Origin: Cyanobacteria bacterium P01_D01_bin.156
GTDB lineage: Bacteria; Cyanobacteriota; Cyanobacteriia; Phormidesmidales; Phormidesmidaceae
Assembly (NCBI GenBank): GCA_039024555.1
Contig: JBCCQQ010000073.1
Coordinates: 1 to 28,693, forward strand
Direction: 5' to 3'
DNA: 28,693 nucleotides
A model generated the notes under the pieces. It was not told the DNA's origin and made no database searches. It worked only from the letters and a program-made list of their open reading frames with translations. Positions 18,696 to 28,556 of this stretch are shown here, piece after piece (the first letter of the stretch is position 1; every line of letters starts with the position of its first letter). A program made the translations under genes and the position numbers.

Positions 18696-19427
18696 ATGGC
18701 GGAAAAAGCAAACCCACTCAGCAAGGTAGAGCCCATCGTTAACTCGATCATGGGTGTGCAGACCGAGGATACAAAGCCGCAAAATACCGTCGGTACGGCT
18801 GTGGATTGGTCGGCTATGGGGGCGTATGTGGCTGGTACCCTAGCGCAAATCGGACTGATGGTGGCCATGCTATGGGGGCTACAACTCCTGACTCAAGGAG
18901 TAAACGGTGGTGTCAAGGTTGGTGTTGCGATCGCATTCTTTATTCTGGTATCCATTCGCTCTCGCATATTTTCTCCCCTGAATAATGCGCGCACTCGAAC
19001 CACTTACAGTAACGTTATTCGTCCCGCCTGGGCTCCGCCACCCTTAGCATTTCCTATTATTTGGATGAGTATCGGTGTACTGCGGGTTATTTCCTCCTAT
19101 CTGGTATGGCGCACTATGGGGCAAGAGTATGTCTCCCTAGCGTTAATTCTCTTTATGGCTCATTTGTCTCTAGGAGACACTTGGAATACCATTTTTACGG
19201 TAGAAGGTCGTTTGGGTGCAGCCGTTCCAGTCGTAGTACTAGGTCCATTAGTTTCATCAGTGATTGTGGTTTTTGCCTATTGGAATGTTGTGAGTCTAGC
19301 CGGACAGCTGTTGTTACCTATGATGATTTGGCTAGGGGTAGCTAGTGCTTTAGTGGTTGCCATTTGGCGCTTAAATGGTTCTGAACCCTGGTATCCCTTG
19401 CAGTTGGATGATTCATCCCTGACTTAA
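18696..19427 (+). CDS. TspO/MBR family tryptophan-rich sensory protein
   Basis: RPAWAPPPLAFPIIW motif, WNTIF, LLLPMMIWLGVASALVVAIWRLN; multiple TM helices. Start 18696 or 18654. Confidence 0.88.
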   Translation: MAEKANPLSKVEPIVNSIMGVQTEDTKPQNTVGTAVDWSAMGAYVAGTLAQIGLMVAMLWGLQLLTQGVNGGVKVGVAIAFFILVSIRSRIFSPLNNARTRTTYSNVIRPAWAPPPLAFPIIWMSIGVLRVISSYLVWRTMGQEYVSLALILFMAHLSLGDTWNTIFTVEGRLGAAVPVVVLGPLVSSVIVVFAYWNVVSLAGQLLLPMMIWLGVASALVVAIWRLNGSEPWYPLQLDDSSLT

Positions 19428-19793
19428 TCTATCCTATGTAGTAGGAAGGTTTTTCTCTTCTCGATTAGACTCTTTTCTGTAGAAGTTCAGATAAAGTCAA
19501 ATGCTTGCCCTTACAATGGGTGTGACCAGATGAGAAATTCTTTCAGGGACTACCTGTCTGCCAGTTCAAAGCAATGATTCTGGGTAAAATATCAACGTGT
19601 GGTCACTAGTTAATCTGGCTAAAATGAGGCCCATCTGACAATCCTCACGAGGAATCAATACGTTTCTGGCGCACCTCAGGATTGATCCGCAACAAGAACT
19701 TCGCACTATTTAGTTAGAATCTATTAAGAAACTGCTTTATGGTTTAAGTCTGAAAAGCTTGTGAAGCCATGATTAAATGAACAAGGCCATGAT

Positions 19794-21113
19794 TTAATTG
19801 TTAACAAGTTCTTGATCTACAGGATCAAAGGTAAACACGAGCTTGAGAGACCAGCTATCGTTGTCTCGGCTTATTTGAATCTCTCGAATAAACTCTCTAA
19901 AGAAGAAGCGTCGTTCTGTTTCCGATAATCCTTCCCAAAATTGTGGGATGCTGACGGTTTGAGACAGTTCTTTGAGATTGACTGGAGAAAGTTGTGCAAG
20001 CTCTTGTGTCAGTAGGGCTATTTCTGTCTGCACCTGATATGTTCTTAGATCGGCAGTTGCTTGGTCTAAGATGCCTTGCGTAACTAACTGTGGAAGCTGT
20101 TTGAGAATCGTTTTTTTGGTTGATATAGCATCTTGCAGTTTGTATTTTGCATTCCCCTGGGGGGGAGTGCGTAACGTGACTGCTTGCGGTAATTCAGTGC
20201 AAATTGCAGTGATAGTTTTGTCTAAGATGGCTGCGTAAGGTATGGCCTTACACTGCTGAAGACATTCATGAACCCTCATGTAGACATACTTTTGGGAACG
20301 ATGAGGGGCACTCACTGTACTGATGGTGAGCTTTTTCTGACAGTGCTCACAAGTGACAATACCTGCGAGAGAACGCTGCGCGCTGGTAGTTTTGGGAGGC
20401 AAAGAACGATTGCGACGCAGCAAGCGATCAATCTGAGCTGCTTCTGGTTCTGCTAATAACGGACGATGGGTATTCAAGATTGTTCCACCGTCTCCATATT
20501 GTGTATGCCCTCGATAAATAGGGTGTGCTAGCCACCGTTTTCCGGTAGAAACAGAAATCTTTTTCCCATATTGATTGGCAATATGACGGACAGCACCTCT
20601 GAGGGAGCCATATAACAAAAACTGCTCAAAAAAAGCTTTGAGTACAGGGGCTGTAGCTCGATCAATCACATATCCCTGCTTCCCTCGACGATATCCATAG
20701 GGAACTTTTCCTGGTGGAGGCAGTCCCTTCAGTCGTTTTGTTGCGTGACCTTGGCGAATGCGACGCTGTTGCTGAACAGCAACTACATCAGATAGTACAT
20801 TGGCAAGCTGGTGGTTGACTTCGCCCACTCTCGGGGTACGGTAGTTTTGTTCTGTGGTGATGACCACCGTGCCTAATGATTCTAGCTGTGCTAGACGTTC
20901 TGTCATGTTTTGTAGACAATCTCCTAGCTCATCTAAGCGGCGTATCAATAAATAATCTGGAGCTGGGACTTTTGCCAGCAATGCTTCTAGCTCAGGACGA
21001 TAAGACCCTGTAGCTCGATCGTGATAGACGTAATCAACTTCCCAGCCCCATACGTCCCCATTAATAGGAGACGCCAGTTGTAGATCGGTGTACAGGTATG
21101 CGGCGATGTGCAC
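19794..21113 (-). CDS. Recombinase family protein (large serine recombinase architecture, catalytic motif degenerate)
   Basis: Resolvase-like N-terminus (RPELEALL, LLIRRLDELG), recombinase domain (PGKVPYGYRR, HPIYRG), Zn ribbon (LAGIVTCEHC..C..C), coiled coil, ERRFFFREFIREI. Confidence 0.88.
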   Translation of the reverse strand: MHIAAYLYTDLQLASPINGDVWGWEVDYVYHDRATGSYRPELEALLAKVPAPDYLLIRRLDELGDCLQNMTERLAQLESLGTVVITTEQNYRTPRVGEVNHQLANVLSDVVAVQQQRRIRQGHATKRLKGLPPPGKVPYGYRRGKQGYVIDRATAPVLKAFFEQFLLYGSLRGAVRHIANQYGKKISVSTGKRWLAHPIYRGHTQYGDGGTILNTHRPLLAEPEAAQIDRLLRRNRSLPPKTTSAQRSLAGIVTCEHCQKKLTISTVSAPHRSQKYVYMRVHECLQQCKAIPYAAILDKTITAICTELPQAVTLRTPPQGNAKYKLQDAISTKKTILKQLPQLVTQGILDQATADLRTYQVQTEIALLTQELAQLSPVNLKELSQTVSIPQFWEGLSETERRFFFREFIREIQISRDNDSWSLKLVFTFDPVDQELVNN

Positions 21114-21257
21114 GGGCGTGGCATACTTAAGCTAGTGCATCAACAACTTACAGCTTGTGAACTGGTCATGAGCAAAATAGCTGACTTATTTTATATTTTC
21201 CATAGGCTTAAAGCCTTGCGTTAAGCTCCAGGAGTGTGCTGTCGATGGGGTATAGCA

Positions 21258-22061
21258 ATGAATAGATCGATATACCGAATCTTATGTGCAGGACTATTAT
21301 TGTGTTCGGTCAGTTGTGTTAGCCCTGATGAGTCGCTAACAGATTCTCCGGTAGCTGAGTCAGAATTTGATGATAGCGTTTCCACCCCTGAGCAGGAGAC
21401 ATTGGAAGACAATACTCCATTAGCAGGGGATACTACCAGTCAAAATCAGACTCCAGTGGCTGAATCTTCTCCAGTAGCGGCGGCTACAGCTTCTAGTTCT
21501 CCGGTACCTCTTAAAAAAAGGGATTGTGAGGAGTTAGAAATGCAACAGGAGATGAACCAATGTGCCCAAGATAATTATGTAATCGCTAATGATAGCCTCA
21601 ACAAGCTATATAAATACATACTTCAAGGGCTTGATGAGGGGGGGCAACAACAGTTAGCGGATGCCGAGGAACAGTGGAGTACCTTCCGAGATGCCCAGTG
21701 TGCTTTTGAGAGTGATTATGTTGAAGGTGGTTCCATTGCTCCTTTGATCAAGGCCAGTTGTCTAGAGCAAGTGACAGACAATCGTGTTGCTGAGCTTCGC
21801 CAGTCGGTTAAGGCTACGACGAGCTTTGAGTCGGCAGATGCCCAACTTAACCAGGTCTATCAGGCTGTTAAGGCTGTGGCTGAGGATACTCAAGATGAGG
21901 CTTTAACAGATGTACAGTTAAGCTGGTTAGATTATCGCGATGCCCATTGTGAGTATGAGGCAAATTTACCCTCTGGTTTAGATCTAAAAACCTGTTTAAC
22001 GATCATCACTGAAACTCGTGTCCAGCAGCTGCAGACGTTACGAGAGAATTGGTCTCTCTAA
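21258..22061 (+). CDS. Lipoprotein with two LprI (DUF1311) lysozyme-inhibitor-like domains
   Basis: Lipobox-like CSVS-C, acidic linker, QQEMNQCA..LNKLY..QWSTFRDAQC..GGSIAP..C, and a second copy ADAQLNQVY..WLDYRDAHC..C. Confidence 0.87.
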   Translation: MNRSIYRILCAGLLLCSVSCVSPDESLTDSPVAESEFDDSVSTPEQETLEDNTPLAGDTTSQNQTPVAESSPVAAATASSSPVPLKKRDCEELEMQQEMNQCAQDNYVIANDSLNKLYKYILQGLDEGGQQQLADAEEQWSTFRDAQCAFESDYVEGGSIAPLIKASCLEQVTDNRVAELRQSVKATTSFESADAQLNQVYQAVKAVAEDTQDEALTDVQLSWLDYRDAHCEYEANLPSGLDLKTCLTIITETRVQQLQTLRENWSL

Positions 22062-22218
22062 TGCTTGACTGCCCATTTTCATAACGCCGTCTACGATCAA
22101 GGTTATTGATGATTTGCTGTGTGAACCGAACAGTGAGTGATGTCCTAGCACAGTGTTCTACGGATAAATTCATGCCGAGAGGTAGTAACGCCAGATGAAG
22201 TGTTCGAATGGTGGATAG

Positions 22219-23121
22219 ATGATGTTCTATCAAAAATTGTTAGCGACTGTGGCCTCCCTGACTATTGCTTATGGTGCCTTGTGTTTAGGTTTATATGTTT
22301 TCCAGACACGTTTAATCTTTAAACCCACAGATACCCTGACGCAGACACCAGCAGATATTCCCGTGCCCTATGAGGAAGTTTGGATAGCTGCCAACGGTAG
22401 ACCTGCCGAGCTAAATGAGGGGCTGCATGGGTGGTGGCTACCTGCTCTGCCGGGAAGGCTAACGGATTTTTCCTTAACACTGCTATACCTGCACGGTAAT
22501 TCCCAAAATATTGGGGCTAATTTGGGGCTGGCCCATCGCTACCAACGTATGGGCTTGAACGTGTTGCTGGTGGATTATCGGGGCTATGGGCTTAGCCTAG
22601 GGCCTTTTCCCAGTGAAATGCGGGTTTATGAAGATGCGATCGCAGCCTATCGATATTTGACAGAGACTCGTCAGATTCCTCAGCATCAGCTTTGGTTATT
22701 TGGTCATTCTTTGGGTGGGGCCATTGCCATTGACCTTGCTAGTCACCGACCGGCGGCAGGACTGATTGTACAAAGTAGCTTTAGCTCCATGCGTCAGGTG
22801 GTTGCTCTGACGGATCAATACAGTTGGATGCCGATTGACTGGATCTTGACCCAGCAGTTTGACTCGATTGAAAAAGTTCCTAATCTAAGGCTGCCCGTGC
22901 TCTATATCCACGGCCTGGAGGACGACACTATCGTGCCAAGTATGTCTCAGCAGCTTTACACAGCATCGCCAGATCCTAAACAGTTGTGGCTAGTACCAGG
23001 AGCTGGTCACAATGATGTAGCCGAAACTTCTGGAGATGCGTACTTTACAATGGTTGAAACGTTTATTCAGCAAACGCAATCCCCAGTGTCTATTCAACCC
23101 CCCGTGTCTCCCGTAGAATAG
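22219..23121 (+). CDS. Alpha/beta hydrolase (BEM46/ABHD13-like), N-terminally anchored
   Basis: LYLHGN, DYRGYG, nucleophile elbow GHSLGG, IHGLEDDTI, GAGHND. Confidence 0.92.
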   Translation: MMFYQKLLATVASLTIAYGALCLGLYVFQTRLIFKPTDTLTQTPADIPVPYEEVWIAANGRPAELNEGLHGWWLPALPGRLTDFSLTLLYLHGNSQNIGANLGLAHRYQRMGLNVLLVDYRGYGLSLGPFPSEMRVYEDAIAAYRYLTETRQIPQHQLWLFGHSLGGAIAIDLASHRPAAGLIVQSSFSSMRQVVALTDQYSWMPIDWILTQQFDSIEKVPNLRLPVLYIHGLEDDTIVPSMSQQLYTASPDPKQLWLVPGAGHNDVAETSGDAYFTMVETFIQQTQSPVSIQPPVSPVE

Positions 23122-23177
23122 AATTTGGAGTTATGCGTAATAGCCAACATATCGGCTCGTAGTTAAGGAGAACGGCA

Positions 23178-23519
23178 ATGCCCGAGGCAGTAGGATCGCT
23201 AGAGACAAAAGGGTTTCCCCCTGTACTAGCCGCCGCAGATGCGATGGTCAAGGCAGGACGAGTCACACTGGTTAATTATATTCGTGCAGGGAGTGCTCGA
23301 TTCTGTATCAATATCCGTGGTGATGTGTCCGAGGTGAAGGCAGCTATGGCGGCTGGTGTAGAAGCTGCAGAAAATGCCTACGGAGGTGTTTTGGAAACGT
23401 GGGTCATTATTCCTCGTCCTCACGAGAATGTGGTGGCGGTATTACCTATTGATTTCTCTGAGGATGTGCAGCGTTTTCGGAATGCAGTTGAGCAGCCGAT
23501 TCTCCCCGGTCGTCGTTAA
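23178..23519 (+). CDS. ccmK: Beta-carboxysome shell hexamer protein, CcmK4/CcmK5-like
   Basis: BMC domain (AVGSLETKGFP..AAADAMVKAGRV..IRGDVSEV..IIPRPHENV). Pore loop IRAGSAR is CcmK4-type rather than CcmK1/2 KIGS. SD AAGGAG at 23165-23170. Confidence 0.95.
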   Translation: MPEAVGSLETKGFPPVLAAADAMVKAGRVTLVNYIRAGSARFCINIRGDVSEVKAAMAAGVEAAENAYGGVLETWVIIPRPHENVVAVLPIDFSEDVQRFRNAVEQPILPGRR

Positions 23520-23559
23520 CGCTAGAAAGAATCTAGCAAAGCTGAAATTTAAGGAGTTT

Positions 23560-23592
23560 GCCTGCTGGGAAGTATTGATCAGCAGGCTTGCT
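23560..23592 (+). terminator. Possible terminator after ccmK
   Basis: GCCTGCTG (23560-23567)/CAGCAGGC (23580-23587) followed by a weak T-containing tail. Confidence 0.4.
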
Positions 23593-23800
23593 TGGTATAA
23601 ACCTAGGCGTTTTGTTGGCTGGCAATGGCGTCTGGTTCCCATCGGAAAACGACATAGCCTTTAGAGGTGTATGCATGCGCTTAGAAAACTGGGTAGCTAA
23701 ATCAAGAGTGCCTAAATCGCTAAGCAGGCTGGATAGTTTTGATCAGCGCGATTGCCAAAGGCTAGTGATAAAGTAATTATTACGTCGAGAATAAAAAAGA

Positions 23801-25849
23801 ATGCAGGTCCTTGCGGATACGCCCACCACCTTTCCATTAATGGCTGTTGTTAGCCAGGATTCTATTAAATTAGCTTTACTGTTAGCTGCTGTAGATCCTG
23901 GTTTGGGAGGTGTCGTAATTGCAGGACGCCGAGGAACGGCAAAGTCCGTCCTAGCTCGCGGATTGCATCAGCTCTTGCCACCGATTGAGGTCGTTGATGG
24001 GTCTTGTGCCAATGTAGACCCCACTAATATGAATGAGTGGGATGATTTAACTCTAGAACGCTTTAGTGAAACCCCTGAGCCGACTAGTCTGGAGGATTTA
24101 CCCACTAAGGTTATTCCGTCTCCCTTTATTCAAATTCCTTTAGGGATAACGGAAGATCGTTTGCTTGGCTCTGTGGATGTGGCTAAGTCTATTCAGACAG
24201 GAGAGTCAGTTTTTCAGCCAGGATTATTGGCAGAAGCTAATCGGGGAGTCCTCTATGTAGATGAAGTGAATCTGCTGGATGATCAAATTTCTAATCTGTT
24301 GCTTGGTACCTTAACCGAAGGACGCAATCAGATTGAGCGGGAGGGAATTAGCTTTCAGCATCCTTGTAAACCACTGTTAGTAGCGACCTACAATCCCGAA
24401 GAGGGGGTGTTGAGGCAGCATTTGTTGGATCGAATCGCGATCGCGCTTTCGGCTGACCGAGCCTTAACCATGGAGGAGCGCGTTGAAGCTACGGGCCAGG
24501 CTACCAATTACGCCGACGACCCGGAGGGCTTTTTAGCCCAGTACGTTGAAGAAATTGATACTCTCAAGACCCAAATTATTCTGGCTCGTGAATGGTTGAA
24601 GGACGTGGTGATTACCCCCGAGCAGGTGGAGTATTTGGTTACCGAAGCCATCCGAGGAGGGGTGGAAGGTCACCGGGCAGAACTGTTTGCCGTACGGGTA
24701 GCTAAGGCCAGTGCTGCTTTAGATGGGCGCACTGAAATCAATGCTGACGATTTACGTCGGGCTGTGGAACTCGTGATTATTCCTCGGGCCATCAACATGG
24801 ATCAACCCCCACCGGAAGATGATCAACAACCGCCCCCGCCGCCCCCACCGGAAAATCAGCAAGAAGACGATCAAGACGAGTCCCAAGAAAATGACGACAA
24901 TGAGGAGGATGAGGACGAGCCTGATGAAGAGCAAGAAGAATCTCCCCCTAGCGTCCCAGAAGAATTTTTGTTTGATCCTGAAGGTGTGGTTCTAGATCCA
25001 TCCCTTTTATTGTTTGCTGAAACCATGAGCAAACAGGGTAATTCAGGTAGTCAGAGTCTTGTTATTTCCGAGGATCGAGGGCGTTATATTAAACCAGTGT
25101 TACCCCAAGGGCCAGTGCGTCGGATCGCGGTAGACGCAACGCTACGAGCGGCAGCTCCCTATCAAAAAGCTCGCCGTGCTCGACAGCCCGAACGGAAAGT
25201 GATTGTGGAACAGGGGGATATTCGCGCCAAGCGACTGGCTCGAAAAGCGGGTTCGCTAATTATCTTTGTGGTAGATGCTTCTGGTTCTATGGCTCTGAAC
25301 CGTATGCAGTCCGCTAAAGGTGCGGTATTGAGCTTGTTGACCGATGCCTATCAAAATCGTGACCAAGTTGCGTTGATCCCATTTCGTGGAGAACAAGCCG
25401 AGGTATTGTTGCCACCCACACGTTCGATTACGTCTGCGCGTCGTCGTTTGGAAACGATGCCCTGTGGTGGTGGCTCGCCCCTTGCCCATGGTTTGAGTCA
25501 AGCTGTTCGTGTAGGTGTGAATGCCCAACAGTCTGGTGATGTTGGTAACGTGGTAATTATTGCGATCACAGATGGCCGTGGGAACGTGCCTTTGGCGCGT
25601 TCTCTCGGAGAACCCATGGAAGAAGGTGAAAAACCTGACATCAAAGCGGAACTTTTGGATATAGCCGGACGTATCCGAATGACGGGTTTCCAGCTTTTAA
25701 TTATTGATACTGAGCGTAAGTTTGTTTCTACTGGCTTTGGTAAGGAACTTGCTAATACAGCTGGAGGTAAGTATTATCAATTGCCGAAAGCGACAGATAA
25801 GGCTATTGCCAATATGGCTCGCGGCGCTCTAGCCGATCTACAAGGATAA
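23801..25849 (+). CDS. chlD: Magnesium chelatase subunit D
   Basis: AAA-like N-domain ([28 protein letters not shown]), Pro/acidic linker, vWA domain with MIDAS DASGS. Confidence 0.98.
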   Translation: MQVLADTPTTFPLMAVVSQDSIKLALLLAAVDPGLGGVVIAGRRGTAKSVLARGLHQLLPPIEVVDGSCANVDPTNMNEWDDLTLERFSETPEPTSLEDLPTKVIPSPFIQIPLGITEDRLLGSVDVAKSIQTGESVFQPGLLAEANRGVLYVDEVNLLDDQISNLLLGTLTEGRNQIEREGISFQHPCKPLLVATYNPEEGVLRQHLLDRIAIALSADRALTMEERVEATGQATNYADDPEGFLAQYVEEIDTLKTQIILAREWLKDVVITPEQVEYLVTEAIRGGVEGHRAELFAVRVAKASAALDGRTEINADDLRRAVELVIIPRAINMDQPPPEDDQQPPPPPPPENQQEDDQDESQENDDNEEDEDEPDEEQEESPPSVPEEFLFDPEGVVLDPSLLLFAETMSKQGNSGSQSLVISEDRGRYIKPVLPQGPVRRIAVDATLRAAAPYQKARRARQPERKVIVEQGDIRAKRLARKAGSLIIFVVDASGSMALNRMQSAKGAVLSLLTDAYQNRDQVALIPFRGEQAEVLLPPTRSITSARRRLETMPCGGGSPLAHGLSQAVRVGVNAQQSGDVGNVVIIAITDGRGNVPLARSLGEPMEEGEKPDIKAELLDIAGRIRMTGFQLLIIDTERKFVSTGFGKELANTAGGKYYQLPKATDKAIANMARGALADLQG

Positions 25850-25854
25850 GGCCT

Positions 25855-25893
25855 AAGAACCAGTTGTGTAACAAGCATCGCTGGTTCTTGTTG
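25855..25893 (+). terminator. Probable terminator after chlD
   Basis: AAGAACCAG (25855-25863)/CTGGTTCTT (25881-25889), 5 bp after the stop codon. Confidence 0.55.
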
Positions 25894-26716
25894 TCAAGCA
25901 TTTCCTAGTCTTGAAAGAACTAGACTGTTCTCAGAGCGATCAGAGATTAACGATCTCCTTAGACTGTTAATCATGAAAGTGCTTTTTTGTTCAGTGCAGT
26001 AGTCACTTTTACCGATAGAGTATCTTGACAATTTTCTACATAAATTTCTAAGTTAACAAATAAATAATTGTTGATTTTCTCGCATAATTAGTAAGAGAAT
26101 TAACTTGCTGAGCTTGTGAGTGTAGATAGTTTTATAGCAGTTGCCTGCTCCGTTAGGAGAAGACTGCGAAGCCATTTAGGACTTTCGCTCAGCAGGATTG
26201 TCGTCCTTAGTGGCCTGACGTAAATGATGCAGGTTATATCTTTAATGAGTAACTTTCATGCTTGGTTGTTTTAAGTCACATATGCTTTCTGTTGAGTCGG
26301 GCATAAGTTCCTTAAGTTGGGCATACTCAGAGTAATCATAACGAATGCCTTACGTATTTTAAGTTTGATGCCGATTAACAGATTGAGCTTCTTATAGATT
26401 ATCCTGTGATATTGCTGTTGAAGAGGCCTCCTTAGTATTTTTTATGCTAGGAGAGGTCAGAATGAAAGCACTAAAAATTTAGAGACATAGTGTATCAGAG
26501 TTATTCTCTGCTCTGAGGGCTTAAAAATGCAGATAGGCCTGTCGCTCAAATGCATTGATTGTTATCCTAGACGGCTATTCTAGATTCATTAAGGATAGGG
26601 CTGTTGAATTGAATTCTGTTTAAGTGCCTGGATTCTATTGGCCTATGGTAATTAGGGTTTGAGCTGTCATGTAAAATGCCACTTCTGGGTTTGTGAACTT
26701 TTTGCAACAAAATGCT

Positions 26717-28556
26717 ATGCTCTCGTGCAATGTAGCGGCTTGGCCGTTGAACTCAGCTGTTATACGTAACCCTTGGGTTGTTTCCTCTCAAACATTATTA
26801 CGGGATGCGGTTGCCCTGATAACTGATATTCAGACGGAAGAGTTAAATTTCCCTAACTCACAAAGGGCGTCTAGTCCTTCCATTAGTCAGGATCTACGGC
26901 TTCATGTGGAACGTTCTAGCTGTGTGGTGGTGGTAGATGCTGGTAAAGTAGCTGGGATCCTTACTCAGCGAGACATAGCACGTTTCATAGTCAACACTCC
27001 CGTTTGGCAAGATGCTGTGGTGCAGCAGGCCCTTGTTACGCCGCCGTTGATTGTACAAGAGTCTGGTGGGTTGAGCGTAGGTAGTGTTCTAGATTTACTG
27101 GTACGCCATCATACTGAACATCTGATTTTAGTCGATCAAAATCAGCAACTGACGGGATTATTGACCCAAGGCATACTTTGTCAGGCATCTCAGCAACAAC
27201 AGATGAACATCTGCTTACAAGCAGATGAGCAACGGAATATTGATTTACTTCAAATTCTGCCTATAGGAATTTGTCGTAAAAATATTGCTAAAGAAAATAT
27301 CTATGTTAATAATCGCTACTGTGAGATTTTTGGTCTTTCGCAGGCAGAGGCTCTAGGGGATGATGTTGTTCGGTGTGTGCTCTCTGATGATCAACAAGAT
27401 GTGTTGGCAGTATGGCAGTCATTGACAATAGAGCAGCATCCCTTTCAACTGGAGTATCGGTTTCATCGACCGGATGGTGTGGTGATTTGGATACATGAAC
27501 AGTGGGTGGTTGAGTACGGTGATGATGGTTGTGTGAATGGCTATGCTGGTACTATCACAGATATTAGCGATCGCAAAGAAACTGAACTAGCCTTAGGGCG
27601 CAGCGAAGCTCAAAAACAAGCTATTTTATCCAGTATTCCAGACTATTTATTTCGGGTAGATGCACACGGTGTTTATCGGGAGGTCGTAACCTATCAACAG
27701 GATGTTGCCTTGTTTTCTGCCGATATAGATCCTGTAGGATTAACAATGGCTGATGTGCTACCAGAAGATGTCGCCATTCGGCAACAGCGTTATTTGACTG
27801 AAACCCTGTTGTCGGGAAAACTACAAACCTATGAACAGCAGGTGCTACGAGGTAATCACATCTGTGATGAAGAAGTCAGAGTCATCAAAAGTGGCAAAGA
27901 TGAGGTCTTATTTATCATTCGTGATATTAGTGAACGTAAACAAGCTGAGCGACAGCTGCAGAGTTTGGTGGAAGGCACTGCAGCCACGACAGGACAAGAT
28001 TTTTTCCCAGCCCTAGCTCGCCATTTGGCAGCCACCTTAGATGTCAGTCATGCAATGGTCACAGAACTCATCGGTGATCAGCTTCATACCCTGGCGTTTT
28101 GGTCTAGTGGAGCACCACAGTCTGCTCTTTCCTACGCTCTCGCTCAGACGCCTTGTGAACGGTCTCTGAAGGAAGGAGAGTTTTATTGTGCTAGCCGTAT
28201 ACAGCAAGCTTTTCCTAACGATGCTGACTTAGCTGAGATGGAAGTAGAGAGCTATTTAGGCATTGCTTTGAAAGATGTTAATGGCAACGCTATCGGTAAT
28301 CTTTGCGTTCTTGATTCTAAACCGATTCAATTACCCGAGCGTTCTGTAAAGATTTTGCGTGCTTTTGGGGCTCGGGCCACAGCTGAGGTTGAGCGTCAGC
28401 GAGCTCAGGCGTCTTTGGAACAGCTAAATCAGGCTTTGGAAATAAAAGTGGCTGAGCGAACAGCGGAGCTGCTAGAGCGTGAGCAGTTCTTACAAACTGT
28501 GTTAGATACGTTTCCTCTAGCGGTTTTTTGGAAGGATATCAAGTCGGTCTATCTAG
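26717..28556 (+). pseudogene. Multi-sensor signalling protein (CBS pair-PAS-PAS-GAF-PAS...), probably interrupted by an IS; output domain not in the window
   Basis: CBS (SSCVVVVDAGKVAGILTQRDI), PAS/PAC (EYRFHRPDG..W..DISDRK; RDISERK), GAF (TPCE..ESYLGIAL..GNLCVLD), S-helix (LEIKVAERTAEL). The next PAS stops at FWKDIKSVYLG and continues into non-PAS sequence. Confidence 0.75.

Larger units (their letters stand above)
181..27574. repeat. Dispersed HIP1 octamers GCGATCGC
   Basis: Seen at 181, 2732, 4494, 8075, 9116, 10674, 13528, 13784, 16009, 16829, 18498, 18927, 22636, 24437 and 27567 (hand count, may be incomplete). Fewer than one copy is expected by chance in 28.7 kb. Confidence 0.92.

Noticed and set aside
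19766..19794. Short direct repeat GCCATGATT (19766 and 19786) at the recombinase 3' end as a possible att site
   Set aside because: Only 9 bp and two copies, no partner site seen elsewhere, and the recombinase looks catalytically degenerate.
24800..24960. Pro-rich and Asp/Glu-rich low-complexity stretch
   Set aside because: This is the normal ChlD linker, not an insertion or repeat element.
857..28016. The many 60-155-aa ORFs overlapping or antisense to larger genes (e.g. 1373-1714, 2143-2355, 7645-7881, 9026-9325, 10296-10763, 15083-15394, 22006-22233, 23374-23776, 25256-25528)
   Set aside because: They are shadow frames of well-supported genes or lack recognisable motifs and protein-like composition.
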